Shown piece by piece: positions 21,355 through 32,380 of a stretch of 64,000 nucleotides of DNA (positions are counted from its first letter, which is position 1; the number at the start of each line of letters is the position of its first letter). Origin of the DNA: Candidatus Poribacteria bacterium (lineage in GTDB: Bacteria; Poribacteria; WGA-4E; PCPOR2b). The position numbers and the translations under genes were made by a program. The notes under the pieces were generated by a model. It saw nothing but the letters and a program-made list of their open reading frames with translations, was not told the DNA's origin and did not search any database. The stretch covers positions 992,001-1,056,000 of the forward strand of contig OZ242351.1 of assembly GCA_965208675.1 (NCBI GenBank). Reading direction: 5' to 3'.

Positions 21355-22368
21355 ATGACGAAAACAGAACCCGTCCAAACAGCGTTCATCGGGTGCGGCG
21401 ATATGGGGCGCCACCACATTCGAGCCATGTTGCGGCAGCTGGACACAACCCACATCACCGTGGTCTGTGAACCATCACAGACGGCTTACGAATTGACGAT
21501 AGACCTTTTCCAACAGGCGAATCTGGCGCCGCCGCCAAATCAACCGGACCTTGAGCGGCTTCTAGCGGACTATGGGAATCGCCTTGACGCGGCCTTTATT
21601 GTTACGCCGCACGCGTATCACCATAATCAGGCCGGGGCTTGCATGGATGCTGGGCTTGATGTGCTGGTCGAGAAACCGATGGTAGTATCCGCTGAGGAAG
21701 CGAAGAGCATAATTGACACCCGCGATCGCACAGGGAAGCTACTGGTCGTGGCTTTTCCTGGCAGCCTTTCACCGCAAATCCGCACCGCTGTCACGATGCT
21801 TCGATCGGGACAGCTAGGTCAAATATTGACCATCAGTGCGATTGCTTGGCAAAATTGGCGTACCGCTTTTGCCAAAACCTGGCGGCAACAGCCTGACGTT
21901 TCAGGCGGCGGTTTTCTTTTCGACACGGGGGCGCACATGTTGAATACCGTCGTTGATTTGGCCGGTGAGGATTTCGTGGAAGTTGCTGCTTGGTTTGACA
22001 ACCGCGATTTAGCCGTAGACGTACTGGGAACGGTGATGGGGCGTTTAGCGTCCGGTGTGCTAGTCACGCTGCACGGCTGCGGAGAGACCATTCCCTCATG
22101 TGCATCCGATGTGCGTGTATTTTGCCCAAACGGTATTCTGCGCACCGGCATCTGGGGCGAGCGTTTAGAGGTTCAATACCCCGGTCAGGAACAACCAAGT
22201 GCGGTCGAAGTGCCCCCTTCTCAAGGGCCATGGGAGCAATTTTTGGCTGTTCGTAATGGTCAGATACCTAATCCCTGCCCGCCCGAGGTAGGTTTGCGCA
22301 TGGCGCACCTTTGGGATGCCATTAAGGCGTCTGCATCGCAAAATGGGATGTTTGTAAGGTGCGGCTGA
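21355..22368 (+). CDS. Gfo/Idh/MocA family oxidoreductase
   Basis: IGCGDMG, EKPM and [11 protein letters not shown]. Confidence 0.9.
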   Translation: MTKTEPVQTAFIGCGDMGRHHIRAMLRQLDTTHITVVCEPSQTAYELTIDLFQQANLAPPPNQPDLERLLADYGNRLDAAFIVTPHAYHHNQAGACMDAGLDVLVEKPMVVSAEEAKSIIDTRDRTGKLLVVAFPGSLSPQIRTAVTMLRSGQLGQILTISAIAWQNWRTAFAKTWRQQPDVSGGGFLFDTGAHMLNTVVDLAGEDFVEVAAWFDNRDLAVDVLGTVMGRLASGVLVTLHGCGETIPSCASDVRVFCPNGILRTGIWGERLEVQYPGQEQPSAVEVPPSQGPWEQFLAVRNGQIPNPCPPEVGLRMAHLWDAIKASASQNGMFVRCG

Positions 22369-22519
22369 ACCGGAAGGCATTTGAACTAATACCTGAATAA
22401 AAGGAAGCTACAAACCTTTCACGTAAGTAACTCACTGCTTTCGATGGATATATTGTATCAAACTCCCTCAATTCCCGCTTCGACTACAATTCAACGCAAA
22501 AAGATGAAGGGGTGAAAGT

Positions 22520-22861
22520 ATGAAAGAGAAATTACCAGATTTCCTAGAAAGGGTGATTGCAGAATATCCCGACGTGTGGAAATCCTACCAAAATCTGGGC
22601 GAATCCTGCCACAACGCTGGGCCTCTTGATGAGAAAACCACGCGACTAGTCAAACTCGCCTTGGCGATTGGCGCGAAATCAGAAGGCGCCGTACATTCGC
22701 ATACACGCCGCGCGTTAAAGTGCGGAATAACTCGCGAGGAACTGCAACAGGTGGCTCTGCTTGCGATAACATCTGCCGGCTGGTCTCCGAGCATGGCTGC
22801 GCTTTCGTGGATTCAAGATGTCATAGACAGCAGCGAGGTGGAAATGGAAACTGTTCAGTAA
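22520..22861 (+). CDS. Carboxymuconolactone decarboxylase (CMD/AhpD-like) family protein
   Basis: GPLDEKTTRLVKLALAIG...SHTRRAL pattern. Confidence 0.85.
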   Translation: MKEKLPDFLERVIAEYPDVWKSYQNLGESCHNAGPLDEKTTRLVKLALAIGAKSEGAVHSHTRRALKCGITREELQQVALLAITSAGWSPSMAALSWIQDVIDSSEVEMETVQ

Positions 22862-22926
22862 GCCGGAACGGAATACCTTTTTCGTGAGTAGTGTGTAGCG
22901 TGTGTAAAGGCTAAGTGTGTATATTG

Positions 22927-24441
22927 CTAAGATTCTAACTTTATCCTTAACCCTTTTGATACAACGCCGCGCTCCGCCAACTCAAACAACCCTTGAACGA
23001 GAAGCGCTAATACAGCCGCGGGAACGGCACCTTCAAGTATGAGTCCGATATGGTCTTTGCGGATGCCGGTTAGAATTGGTTGACCGAATCCTCCCGCGCC
23101 AATTAACGCGCCGAGGGTCGCGAATCCCACGTTTATGACAGCAGAAGTCTTGATGCCTGCGAGGATTGCCCGCGATGCCATCGGTAGTTCAACAAGCCAA
23201 AGACGGCTAAGCGGCGGCAGCCCGAGCGCTAATGCAGATTCACGGACTGGGGAGGGGATGTCATGGAGACCGGCGTATGTGTTCCGAACGATTGGGAGCA
23301 GGCTATACAAAAAGAGCGCAGCAATCGCCGGCGGGGCTTTAATGCCTAAGAGCGGAATCATAAATACGAGCAGTGCGAGTGCCGGAATAGTCTGGATAAT
23401 GCCCGCGAGTCCTAAAATAACTTGTCCGACCCGTTCCTGACGTGCTGCAATTATGCCCAGTGGAATAGATATAAGGATTGCCGGCGTAAGTGAAATACAG
23501 ACAAGGAAGAGGTGGGCTAGTGTATTTTTGAGCAAGCGTTCAAGCATAGTTTCATCGTATACTTGTGTTTCAAGCGAAAGGATGGCCGCCAGGAAGTCAG
23601 CCGCAACACGATTTTCAGGAACTTTGTCTAATTTCGCACGGGCATTCATTTTGACCATTTCCGCTTCGGGGATACTATCTTCCAACTCTAGTAGAGCAGA
23701 AACTACCTTCGGTGCCCGCACTTCCAAATCATCCCGATACAGCAGCACCGCATAATATTTGGGGAAAAGGTTCTCATCGTCCTCCAAAACCCTCAAGTTA
23801 TAATACTGAATCTCTGCGTCCGTCGAATATAGGTCTGTCGCGTGGATTGAGCCGCTCTCCAGTCCGCGGTATGCGAGATCGTGGTCCAGCCCGCGCACAT
23901 CGCGGTGGGTCAAATTATAGCGAACGCGCAAGGAGGGCCAACCGTCCGCTCGGTCCATGAATTCACTTGTAAAACCAAGCTGAAGGTCAGGGTGGCGGCG
24001 TAAATCAGAGATTTTCGTGATATTATGCTTTTCGGCAACTTCCTCCTTCATGCCAATGGCGTAGGTGTTGTTAAAACCGAGAGGGCGACTCATACGGATC
24101 CCTTCTGCTTCAAGAGCACCGCGAATCTCCGCCTCGCTGCTTAATCCACTGCCTGAAAGAATTTCGTGGCTAATTGTCCCGGTGTATTCGGGATAAACAT
24201 CAATGTCCCCCCTTAGTAACGCCTTCCACAACACTTGTGTCCCGCCCAATTCCTTTTCATGAACGGCTTTAGCCCCGGCATTCTGAGTCAACAGCGCAAC
24301 GAGTTCACCGAGAATAACCGATTCGGTGAATTTCTTTGAACCAACCTTTACCTCTGTCATCTGCCTGGTATTTTGGCATGCAGGCAACACCAGTACAGTC
24401 CAAACAGCCGCTAGGAGTGGAATCAATTGCCGCAATCTCAT
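22927..24441 (-). CDS. Glycine betaine/quaternary amine ABC transporter, substrate-binding domain fused to permease
   Basis: Lipobox-like LPAC, VGSKKFTE, DVYPEYTGT and GFNNTY; C-terminal permease with QTIPALAL and ALGL...VELP. Confidence 0.9.
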   Translation of the reverse strand: MRLRQLIPLLAAVWTVLVLPACQNTRQMTEVKVGSKKFTESVILGELVALLTQNAGAKAVHEKELGGTQVLWKALLRGDIDVYPEYTGTISHEILSGSGLSSEAEIRGALEAEGIRMSRPLGFNNTYAIGMKEEVAEKHNITKISDLRRHPDLQLGFTSEFMDRADGWPSLRVRYNLTHRDVRGLDHDLAYRGLESGSIHATDLYSTDAEIQYYNLRVLEDDENLFPKYYAVLLYRDDLEVRAPKVVSALLELEDSIPEAEMVKMNARAKLDKVPENRVAADFLAAILSLETQVYDETMLERLLKNTLAHLFLVCISLTPAILISIPLGIIAARQERVGQVILGLAGIIQTIPALALLVFMIPLLGIKAPPAIAALFLYSLLPIVRNTYAGLHDIPSPVRESALALGLPPLSRLWLVELPMASRAILAGIKTSAVINVGFATLGALIGAGGFGQPILTGIRKDHIGLILEGAVPAAVLALLVQGLFELAERGVVSKGLRIKLES

Positions 24442-25190
24442 CGGGGTGCCCCTTCAAAAATTGCCAGCGGGTCACGCTGTGCATTGATAAAACGGCTTAC
24501 GAATTCGTTTTCGGGCGAGGAATACAGTTGCTCCAACGTTCCCTGTTGGACGATTCGCCCCTCACGCATGAGGATAATATCGCGACTGAAGAACCCGGCT
24601 TCACCTATATCGTGCGTTACCATCAGTACCGTTTTGCCAAGTGTTTGGAAAATTTCGCTAAGATCGGCCTGCAGTGATGCACGAACCATAGGATCTAGCG
24701 CACCAAGCGGCTCATCCAGCAACAAGACGTCAGGATTTAACATTAACGCGCGCATTAGGCTAACACGTTGCTGCTGTCCACCGGAAAGTTCGACGGGGTA
24801 TCGGCTCAAACCGTCTTCGGGAAAATGGGTTAGCGTGCAAAGTTCTTCCAACCGGGCATGAATTTTTTCTGCAGACAGTTTTAAATACTTTGCCATGAGC
24901 ACAACATTCTGTGCAGCGGTTAGGTGCGGAAACAGGCCGCCATCTTGGATGACGTAACCCATACGGCGGCGCATTTCAAGAATGTTAGCGGGCGAAACGC
25001 GCTCACCGTTAAGCCGGACGTATCCACTTGTGGGTTCCAGCAAGCCGACAATCAACCTCAGAATCGTAGATTTACCGCAGCCGCTCGGTCCGATGAGTAC
25101 GGTTGTCTGCCCCTCTTTGATGTTGAGGTCGGTCGGGTGGAGCGCAGCCACAGCTCCAAAATGCTTACTGATGTTTTTCAACTGAATCAT
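24438..25190 (-). CDS. OpuA/ProV-like ABC transporter ATP-binding subunit
   Basis: GPSGCGKS, GYVIQDGGLFPH, LSGGQQQR and LLDEP. Confidence 0.92.
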   Translation of the reverse strand: MIQLKNISKHFGAVAALHPTDLNIKEGQTTVLIGPSGCGKSTILRLIVGLLEPTSGYVRLNGERVSPANILEMRRRMGYVIQDGGLFPHLTAAQNVVLMAKYLKLSAEKIHARLEELCTLTHFPEDGLSRYPVELSGGQQQRVSLMRALMLNPDVLLLDEPLGALDPMVRASLQADLSEIFQTLGKTVLMVTHDIGEAGFFSRDIILMREGRIVQQGTLEQLYSSPENEFVSRFINAQRDPLAIFEGAPR

Positions 25191-26196
25191 GATGAATCCC
25201 TAAATGAACTTGTTTCTGAAGTATGGCGATTGCGAACCAAGCATTTTTATCCAGCCATTGCGCGTGCATTTCCAGCCCGGCGGCGCGGCAAATGCCTGCA
25301 AAACTTTCGATTGTATATTTATGGCTATTCTCCGTATGGATGAACTCGTCGGCCTCAAAATGAAACACCTGATCGGGCGTCGCGATATACGCCGTCTGAT
25401 GACGCCGGCTGATAAGACGCATCTCAATGCGGCTGTGTGCTTCAACAAATGGCGCGGCATGCTCAAAGTCATCAATGACAAAGGTACCTCCTAACTCGCG
25501 GTTAATCCGCGCCAACAAGTTCTTGTTGAATGCGGCGGTTACGCCAGCGGCATCGTTGTAGGCGGCCTCAATGATGCCACGATCTTTCAACAGATCAAAA
25601 CCGACTAACAGCCTATCTTCTCGATTCATCTGATTAACGATTCGCTCCAAGAATGCAACCGCTTCCCCCGTGCCAAAATTCCCAATATTGCTCCCGAGAA
25701 ACAGCATGAGTCGAGGGCCTTCATGGTGAGGCAAGATTGGGATGGCGTCGTTGTATTCTGCTGCAATGGCAGTAATCGACAATCGTTCGTACTCATTCAG
25801 AAGGGAAAATGAAGCCGCACGGAGGACATCCGAGGAAATGTCAACAGAAGTATAGTGAAGATTCTTCTGACAATTGAGGGTCGCGTTGATTAAGAGGCGT
25901 GTTTTGACCGAACTCCCGCTGCCAAATTCTACTAGCGCCAAGTTTTGCCCCACCGTATCAATCATCTCGGAGCCATTGTCTTCCAGAATTTTCTGTTCAG
26001 TGCGTGTGAGGTAGTATTCCGGAAGCTTACATATCTGCTCGAAAAGTTGGGAACCAGCCGCGTCGTAAAATAGGCGGCAAGGTAGGATTTTTTGCAGCTG
26101 CGAAAGCCCTTCAACAACCGCGTTCGTGAAATTCCTTTCCTCCTGATCTCTAGGCAGTTCAATAAAGTCGACTCCAGAGATCATATATTTTCTCAT
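25165..26196 (-). CDS. egtD: L-histidine N-alpha-methyltransferase
   Basis: PEYYLTRTE, EFGSGS, FLGSNIGNF, AYNDAAGVTAAFNKN and HTENSHKY. Confidence 0.9.
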   Translation of the reverse strand: MRKYMISGVDFIELPRDQEERNFTNAVVEGLSQLQKILPCRLFYDAAGSQLFEQICKLPEYYLTRTEQKILEDNGSEMIDTVGQNLALVEFGSGSSVKTRLLINATLNCQKNLHYTSVDISSDVLRAASFSLLNEYERLSITAIAAEYNDAIPILPHHEGPRLMLFLGSNIGNFGTGEAVAFLERIVNQMNREDRLLVGFDLLKDRGIIEAAYNDAAGVTAAFNKNLLARINRELGGTFVIDDFEHAAPFVEAHSRIEMRLISRRHQTAYIATPDQVFHFEADEFIHTENSHKYTIESFAGICRAAGLEMHAQWLDKNAWFAIAILQKQVHLGIHHDSVEKHQ

Positions 26197-26383
26197 ATAC
26201 TATGCTCCGAAATCAGCGATGGCTGACCCAATTTTACACTCCCGGCAACCTCATGATACTCATGATAGATGGGTGAGGGTATTTACCTACGAGAATCGGC
26301 TGGAATTATGCAACTCACGACCCGTTAAGCCAAGCGCAGAACCGTCGCCACGAAATACAATCTCAATGGTGCAATCCGCTCAC

Positions 26384-26836
26384 TTACAAATCAAAAATTA
26401 CCTGCGCAATCCAACTACCATCCGGCATTTGCTCAACACTCAACTGATGGTAAGTAACACTCTTGATCTCCGTATACACGACATGTTTATTGAAATTTAC
26501 CGGCTCGCCGCGAGCGACCGCGGACAACGCTGGCGGCTGCTCTGAAATTGACCGAATATCGACTCGCCTGAAAAGCATCTCCTCAACTTCATGCCTAAAA
26601 TTCAACTCATCCAACCACGCCACCATCAAATCTTCGAGCGATCCCGCCGTTAACTCAATTTTGATTTGAGTCGCCTCATCAATAGTATTAGCGTCAGCAA
26701 TACTCTCAAGAAGTCCGTGCGCCGCATGGGTGAAAAGTTGTTTCAGTGTCCTGCCGTACGCGCGAATGCCGAGATCGCCGGTATGATCTAAATAGGTATA
26801 GGTTTCAGTCAAATTTTCCTCATTGGCCGCACACAA
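26384..26836 (-). CDS. Archease
   Basis: DHTGD, WLDEL, EIKSVTYH and C-terminal IFDL. Confidence 0.93.
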   Translation of the reverse strand: MCAANEENLTETYTYLDHTGDLGIRAYGRTLKQLFTHAAHGLLESIADANTIDEATQIKIELTAGSLEDLMVAWLDELNFRHEVEEMLFRRVDIRSISEQPPALSAVARGEPVNFNKHVVYTEIKSVTYHQLSVEQMPDGSWIAQVIFDL

Positions 26837-27127
26837 CTAGGTCTCAGTTTACCAGAAACTTTCTCATACATCAATGAAAAATTCAACCGCTACGCCGCCG
26901 CAATTTTGTGTCTTTCAATTCATGCGTTGATGTGCTAAAATAGTAACGTCTTGTTGTTCAAACCCTGGCATTCGACCCAATCGGATGTGCGGCACGACCA
27001 TTTTTTGGCTGCAGATTGAAAGTTTATCTTAGCCCCTCAGTTGACAATTCGGTAGGATGTGTCGTTTTAACCAAATCGCGGACCTATAACCCGTTGTAAA
27101 ATCCTAACCAAGGAAGCGTGCGAAAAG

Positions 27128-27994
27128 ATGAAAAGATTAAACCGAGCGATTGAACTGCTTGAACAGGGACAACCAATTTATTACACCGGCGTTGGAGAGC
27201 CAACTTATTACGGAGGCATTAAAGCCTCCCAAACATGGGCAGACTATATCATCTTTGAAATGGAACACGAGATGTACAACATCCGGGCGTTGGATGAATT
27301 CATGCGCGGTCTTACGGCGGGCGGACCAACCCGGAGTGGACATCGCACGCCGGCGGTGCTAGTCACGCTCCCGACCGACGGAATAGATGAAACCGTAATT
27401 CGTGCGAATGCTTGGATGATTAAGCAGGTGCTCGCAAGAGGCATCCATGGAATATTGCTTTGCCATGTAGAAACATCGGGCGCGGCGAAAGCATTCGTTG
27501 AATCGGTTCGCTACCCCTTCCATACGATAGGTGTCGGTGACGGGGTGAATACGGGGCGTCGAGGAAATGGCGGGCAGGGGAATGCGGCATCAATTTGGGG
27601 GATATCGGTCGAAGAATATTTTGAGAAAGCGGATGTCTGGCCTTTAAATCCGGATGGCGAAATAATGCTAGGTTTGAAGATTGAAAATCGCCGAGCGCTC
27701 ACTCACGCAGAAGCTACCGTAGCCGTGTCCGGGATCGCCTTTGCCGAGTGGGGCCCAGGGGATATGGCGTTTTCGTTCGGTTACAGAGATCGCCCTTCGC
27801 CTTATCCGGAGGAATTGCAGCACGCTCGGACGCGTGTTCTATCAGCTTGCAATTCTGCGAATGTCGCCTTCTTGGATGGCGTGACGCCAGAGAATGTAAT
27901 TGATAAGATTGAAGAAGGCGTTCGCGTTTGCGCTGGAGGTGAGGAATCGGCGGAAGTTGGCCGTAAGCACACCAACCGCGAAATGCCTTGGTAG
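27128..27994 (+). CDS. HpcH/HpaI aldolase family protein
   Basis: EMEH, IKQVLARGIHGILLCH, LKIEN and WGPGD. Confidence 0.82.
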   Translation: MKRLNRAIELLEQGQPIYYTGVGEPTYYGGIKASQTWADYIIFEMEHEMYNIRALDEFMRGLTAGGPTRSGHRTPAVLVTLPTDGIDETVIRANAWMIKQVLARGIHGILLCHVETSGAAKAFVESVRYPFHTIGVGDGVNTGRRGNGGQGNAASIWGISVEEYFEKADVWPLNPDGEIMLGLKIENRRALTHAEATVAVSGIAFAEWGPGDMAFSFGYRDRPSPYPEELQHARTRVLSACNSANVAFLDGVTPENVIDKIEEGVRVCAGGEESAEVGRKHTNREMPW

Positions 27995-28150
27995 AAATGA
28001 AACGAGTACCATGAGGAAGTGAACCTTTCCGATGATTTCATTCGAAAACATCTTATTTTTCAGTTGTTTTACGCAATCGGTGCACTGTGTTGCGACGCGG
28101 ATAAAATTTCTAATTGGATTACGCCCAGTTCTATCGTTTGACTTTGCATA

Positions 28151-31100
28151 ATGCGTACGCTAATTACGTTTTTTCTTACCGGTATTTTAAGTTTGTCTGG
28201 CATCCCCTATCCAAACCCATTTCATGCGCAGTCGGAAATGAAAGTTGATAACTCTCACCGTAAACATGGTGAGGTATCTGCCTCACAATTTCCTGTTAAT
28301 TTACATTCTGCCTCCGAACAGGTCATCAGTTATGACGATGTCTACGGTATTGAGATAACACTGCCATTTAATGGAGATGTAGCAGTTAGCGCATTAGAAG
28401 GCAATCGAATCGTAATAAAACTCGATAAGCAAGCGATTGGGATTAATGAAGAGATAGTCCAAAGGTATCTTGATGCCGTCAAGCTGGGAATTTCTAGGGT
28501 AGAGGACACCGTGCAAATTACACCTCAACTCCCGGACAGATTCGAAACCGAAGCGAAATTGACGCGCATTAACTGTCTAATCGAAGTTCCGCCCGACATC
28601 GCGGTAAAAATCAATACTTCGAACGGCAACGTTCGTATTGGCGGACTCCGGGGCGTTTTGAACATCGCGGCAAATGTCGGCGATATTCAGTTCAGCGAGA
28701 CAATGGGACAATACCAAGTGGCTTTAACCGAAGGACGCATTTACGGCCATATTTTTTTGACGAAGGGTAAAAACTCCTTTGAAACACAGTCAGGATCCAT
28801 TGATCTCACCATCTTGGATTCAGTCGCAGCGCCAATGGATTTCACGGCAGTTAACGGCGGAATTCGACTACGCTTACCGCAAAATTTTCCGGCTGACGTG
28901 GAAATTAACAATGATAAACGCGATCGACGTACAATTTTCATTGAGGTGCCAGCAGAGATTGACCATTCCCTTACCGGTGATGTCCTGCATGGTGCGATCA
29001 ACGGCGGCGGTCCGTTAATACGGTTGCACGCTAGCGAACAGGTTGCGGTTTTAGCGCGTGAATCTCCGCTTCCAGATCGGACGGAGGCCGGTGAAGACAA
29101 CCTACCTAGCAATGAATTAGCGCTTGACGACAACGACAGCGCCACAGTTCCAATTGTGGCGCTGTCCAAAACTGAAGTCCCCCCAACAATTGACGGCAAT
29201 CTGTTTGAGAAAACTTGGTCGAACGCTGAATCACTGCACGGCTTTTACGAAGCGGATGGAATTCACTCGGCGCGGGATCCGACCCAAGTGTTTCTGATGT
29301 GCGACGAACAATTCTTTTACATCGGCGTGCGAGCTTACGACTCACAGATGGCGGAGGTGCGCGTTTCTCAAAGGACTAGAGACTCGGCAGTAGGGACTGA
29401 CGACTCCATTGAAATACTTTTGGATCCGAATCCACAGACACACCGTTACTATCACCTCATTGTTAATCCCATCGGGGCAATCCTCGATCAGATTGTGCAA
29501 TCCGACTATCCCCCTGATGCTCGGATTTCATCGACAGCGGGCGGGACGAATCGCACTGAGTTATCGTGGTCGAATGGAGTTGTCGATTTGCGTTGGGATG
29601 CGAATGCTAACATCAAGACCCAAATCTCTTCGACCTTTTGGAGTGTGGAAATTGCTCTACCCCTCGCTTCACTTGAATCCGCTGCATCGGACCAATGGAG
29701 ACTAAATGTACTACGCAAAGTCCACCGCCATGATGAGTGTAGTTATTGGTCGCCGACTTACGATGTAGACAGCCCTTGGTGGCCGCATTGGCGGGAACGG
29801 ATGGGAATATTGAATCTAGTCTCAGCCCAATCCTCTCAAAACACGGCAGAACACGAACTTGAAGAAAAGTTCGAGATTGCCGGAGTTGAGGTTCACGGAA
29901 ACGCCGAGATTTCGACGCCCGAAATCCTGCATCTGCTCCCCTTTAAACGAGGCGATGTTGTCACTGCCAGCGAACTATCTTGGATGACGGCAGAACTTGA
30001 AATCCACGACTGGTTTCTTCAGGTACATCTGGAAACCTCAGATGCGCCTTCGGATGGTGATGAAACGCAACTCGATCCGCAAATCAATTTGGAGCCAATT
30101 GTTTTCGAAGTGGTAATTTCCATTCGTGTGACAGAGATGCCGACGCGGTATGTTCAATTAGTCAGCCTGCACAACAATGAATTTCTACAATCAAACGTGC
30201 TGCGCGCGTTATTTGGATTAAAAAACGGGCGCACTTCAATCGAAGAATTAGAAACTAAATGTCAATTAATCGCAACACTTTATAGAAATAGCGGCTACCA
30301 ACTCGCATGGACCAATTACCGGTTTGTTGGAGACAATTTGCAAATTGACATTGATGAGGGACGTCTAGACGAGATTCGCTTCGTAGGAAACCGACGTATC
30401 CAAACCGACGTGCTGATTGATGAATTTGAATTCAAACAGGGCGAAATTTATAACGAAACACGTTGCCAATCGCTTATTGATGAACTGGATGCAACGCTTA
30501 AAACTAACAGATCCTATGTGTCGGCGGTTAAACAATGGCAGGTGAAACACTATGAAGAGGCAAATGCGGTAAAGAATGTGCTGGAGATAGAAGTTGAAGA
30601 ACGGACCATCGTCAATTGGGACTTGCTGCCGGTTGCAGATTTTAATCGTGTTCATGGGGTAATTCTGGGAGGGGGAGGCGAGGTTCAGACGAAGGACTAT
30701 GGGGGTGGACGAGTCTTCGGAAATCTTAGTTACGGACTATCGAGCGAAACCTTGAATTTTCACTTAGGTGCAGAAAAACGCTGGTTTGACCGTCATACCA
30801 TCCGTGCCGGCGGAAGGATTCACAAACTGACGGAAACGATCCACGGCATGACGCTATCCGAAAGCGAAGAGCTACTCGCGGCATTAGTGGTTGGCGATGC
30901 TTACATGGATTATTACTTGCGGCGGGGTTATCAGGCTTGGTTAAAGGGCGAATTGACGCCTTCCGCAAGCATAATGCTCAGATTTGACGACGAAAGACAG
31001 GAGATCCTTTTTACTTCGACGGATTGGAGTCTGTTCAATGGGAAAACACCCAAAAAAAGCAATCTCCGGATAAATGAAGGGCATCTCCGAAGTTTCTCGG

Positions 31101-31702
31101 CGTCTTTTGACTTCGATTCCCGCGATCATAAGTCGCATCTCAGCCGCCATTTTCAACAGTATCCTACACCCAACACCCGAACTACCCGCGGTTGGCAGGG
31201 AAATTTTGCTTTTGAATACGCCGGAAAACACCTTCAAACTGACTTCGATTTCACCCTATATCGCTTTAATCTAACTCGCTACAATAAATTCTCAAAAAAA
31301 CACTTTTTTGACTTCCGATTGGCAGGCGCCTTCTCAGATGCCCCGTTGCCGCGTCAGCGCCAATTCTATCTAGGCGGTCTTGGAACACTGCGCGGGTACG
31401 GCTTCAAGGAATTCGCCGGCGACAATATGCTGCTTTCGAATTTGGAATACCGCTACCGTCTGGCGCAGAGTAATCTCCTTGCTATTGCCGCGATGGCGTT
31501 CCTCGACACCGGATTCACCTGGCATTATCGTGAACGCATGATTCTGAATCGTTTCAACACATCGCTCGGCATTGGCTTGTCTCTCGGCTGGTTGAATTTG
31601 CCCGATACTGTTCAGATGGACACGGTTCGGATTGAGGTTGCACGTGCTATTCGTAAATCGCGAAACGTCAACTTCATTTTGCGCCTTTCACGGATGTACT
31701 GA
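28151..31702 (+). CDS. Omp85/BamA-TamA family outer-membrane protein with N-terminal DUF4097-like and CBM9-like domains and POTRA repeats
   Basis: Signal peptide; beta-repeat region (INTSNGNV, ETQSGSI, INGGG); CBM9-like region (PPTIDG, DDSIEILLDP, WSVEIALP); POTRA (IRFVGN); barrel motifs FNRVHG, LGGLGTLRGY and FLDTG. Confidence 0.78.
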   Translation: MRTLITFFLTGILSLSGIPYPNPFHAQSEMKVDNSHRKHGEVSASQFPVNLHSASEQVISYDDVYGIEITLPFNGDVAVSALEGNRIVIKLDKQAIGINEEIVQRYLDAVKLGISRVEDTVQITPQLPDRFETEAKLTRINCLIEVPPDIAVKINTSNGNVRIGGLRGVLNIAANVGDIQFSETMGQYQVALTEGRIYGHIFLTKGKNSFETQSGSIDLTILDSVAAPMDFTAVNGGIRLRLPQNFPADVEINNDKRDRRTIFIEVPAEIDHSLTGDVLHGAINGGGPLIRLHASEQVAVLARESPLPDRTEAGEDNLPSNELALDDNDSATVPIVALSKTEVPPTIDGNLFEKTWSNAESLHGFYEADGIHSARDPTQVFLMCDEQFFYIGVRAYDSQMAEVRVSQRTRDSAVGTDDSIEILLDPNPQTHRYYHLIVNPIGAILDQIVQSDYPPDARISSTAGGTNRTELSWSNGVVDLRWDANANIKTQISSTFWSVEIALPLASLESAASDQWRLNVLRKVHRHDECSYWSPTYDVDSPWWPHWRERMGILNLVSAQSSQNTAEHELEEKFEIAGVEVHGNAEISTPEILHLLPFKRGDVVTASELSWMTAELEIHDWFLQVHLETSDAPSDGDETQLDPQINLEPIVFEVVISIRVTEMPTRYVQLVSLHNNEFLQSNVLRALFGLKNGRTSIEELETKCQLIATLYRNSGYQLAWTNYRFVGDNLQIDIDEGRLDEIRFVGNRRIQTDVLIDEFEFKQGEIYNETRCQSLIDELDATLKTNRSYVSAVKQWQVKHYEEANAVKNVLEIEVEERTIVNWDLLPVADFNRVHGVILGGGGEVQTKDYGGGRVFGNLSYGLSSETLNFHLGAEKRWFDRHTIRAGGRIHKLTETIHGMTLSESEELLAALVVGDAYMDYYLRRGYQAWLKGELTPSASIMLRFDDERQEILFTSTDWSLFNGKTPKKSNLRINEGHLRSFSASFDFDSRDHKSHLSRHFQQYPTPNTRTTRGWQGNFAFEYAGKHLQTDFDFTLYRFNLTRYNKFSKKHFFDFRLAGAFSDAPLPRQRQFYLGGLGTLRGYGFKEFAGDNMLLSNLEYRYRLAQSNLLAIAAMAFLDTGFTWHYRERMILNRFNTSLGIGLSLGWLNLPDTVQMDTVRIEVARAIRKSRNVNFILRLSRMY

Positions 31703-31893
31703 AGCTGGGCTATAGCAAATTGATTCCGTGATGATTGCTGGACTGAATATCTGTTGATTGCATTTATGCGCCCTGCGTATTGGTTAAATAGCCCGTTATG
31801 ACTCATAATGAAACGATTTGAATAATACTTAACCCAATTCTCCCCACAAACAACCCTTCCCTTAACAAAGTGACACTTCTCTTTTATCAAATT

Positions 31894-32010
31894 GACACAT
31901 TTGTGTCTTTTTGAGACACATTTGTTTACAATCGCAGAACCTCGCATCTGGCAAGGATTTTCACGGTTGTAGTGTACCATTATTGCGATCGTGAGTAAAC
32001 AAATGTGTCT
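31894..32010. promoter_or_regulatory. Cluster of palindromic upstream activator sites
   Basis: Perfect palindrome GACACA-TT-TGTGTC at 31894-31907, plus a 16-bp inverted pair AGACACATTTGTTTAC (31914-31929) / GTAAACAAATGTGTCT (31995-32010). Confidence 0.65.
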
Positions 32011-32133
32011 TTTTCATACCAACATTCCGAACACAATTTTCCCCAAATGAAACTTTTTGAACTGTTCGAATTCCTTACTGCATCTGGCTTTCCAAGACAA
32101 AGCAAGGCTTAAATTCGGAGATTGGTATGGACT

Positions 32134-32149
32134 TGGCACAGAATTTGCT
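32134..32149 (+). promoter_or_regulatory. sigma-54 (-24/-12) promoter
   Basis: TGGCACAGAATTTGCT equals the consensus TGGCAC-N5-TTGC with exact GG-N10-GC spacing. Confidence 0.8.
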
Positions 32150-32380
32150 ATTTAACGACTGTCGAACAGTCTGATTGCGTCTAATCGAGGGACATCGGTT
32201 TTCCTAGCAAGGGTTTTCGTTGTCCCGTCTTATGTCTTAATGTCTCGGTGCCTGTATTGTTTTCGCAATCATAACCAAAGTAATCAGCCAACAAAACAGA
32301 CTCTGAACAAGGCAGCATTGGGTATCGCTGCTCACGCGCCCCACCCAACATTTTACACTCTGGGAAGAGGAGGGTTTACA

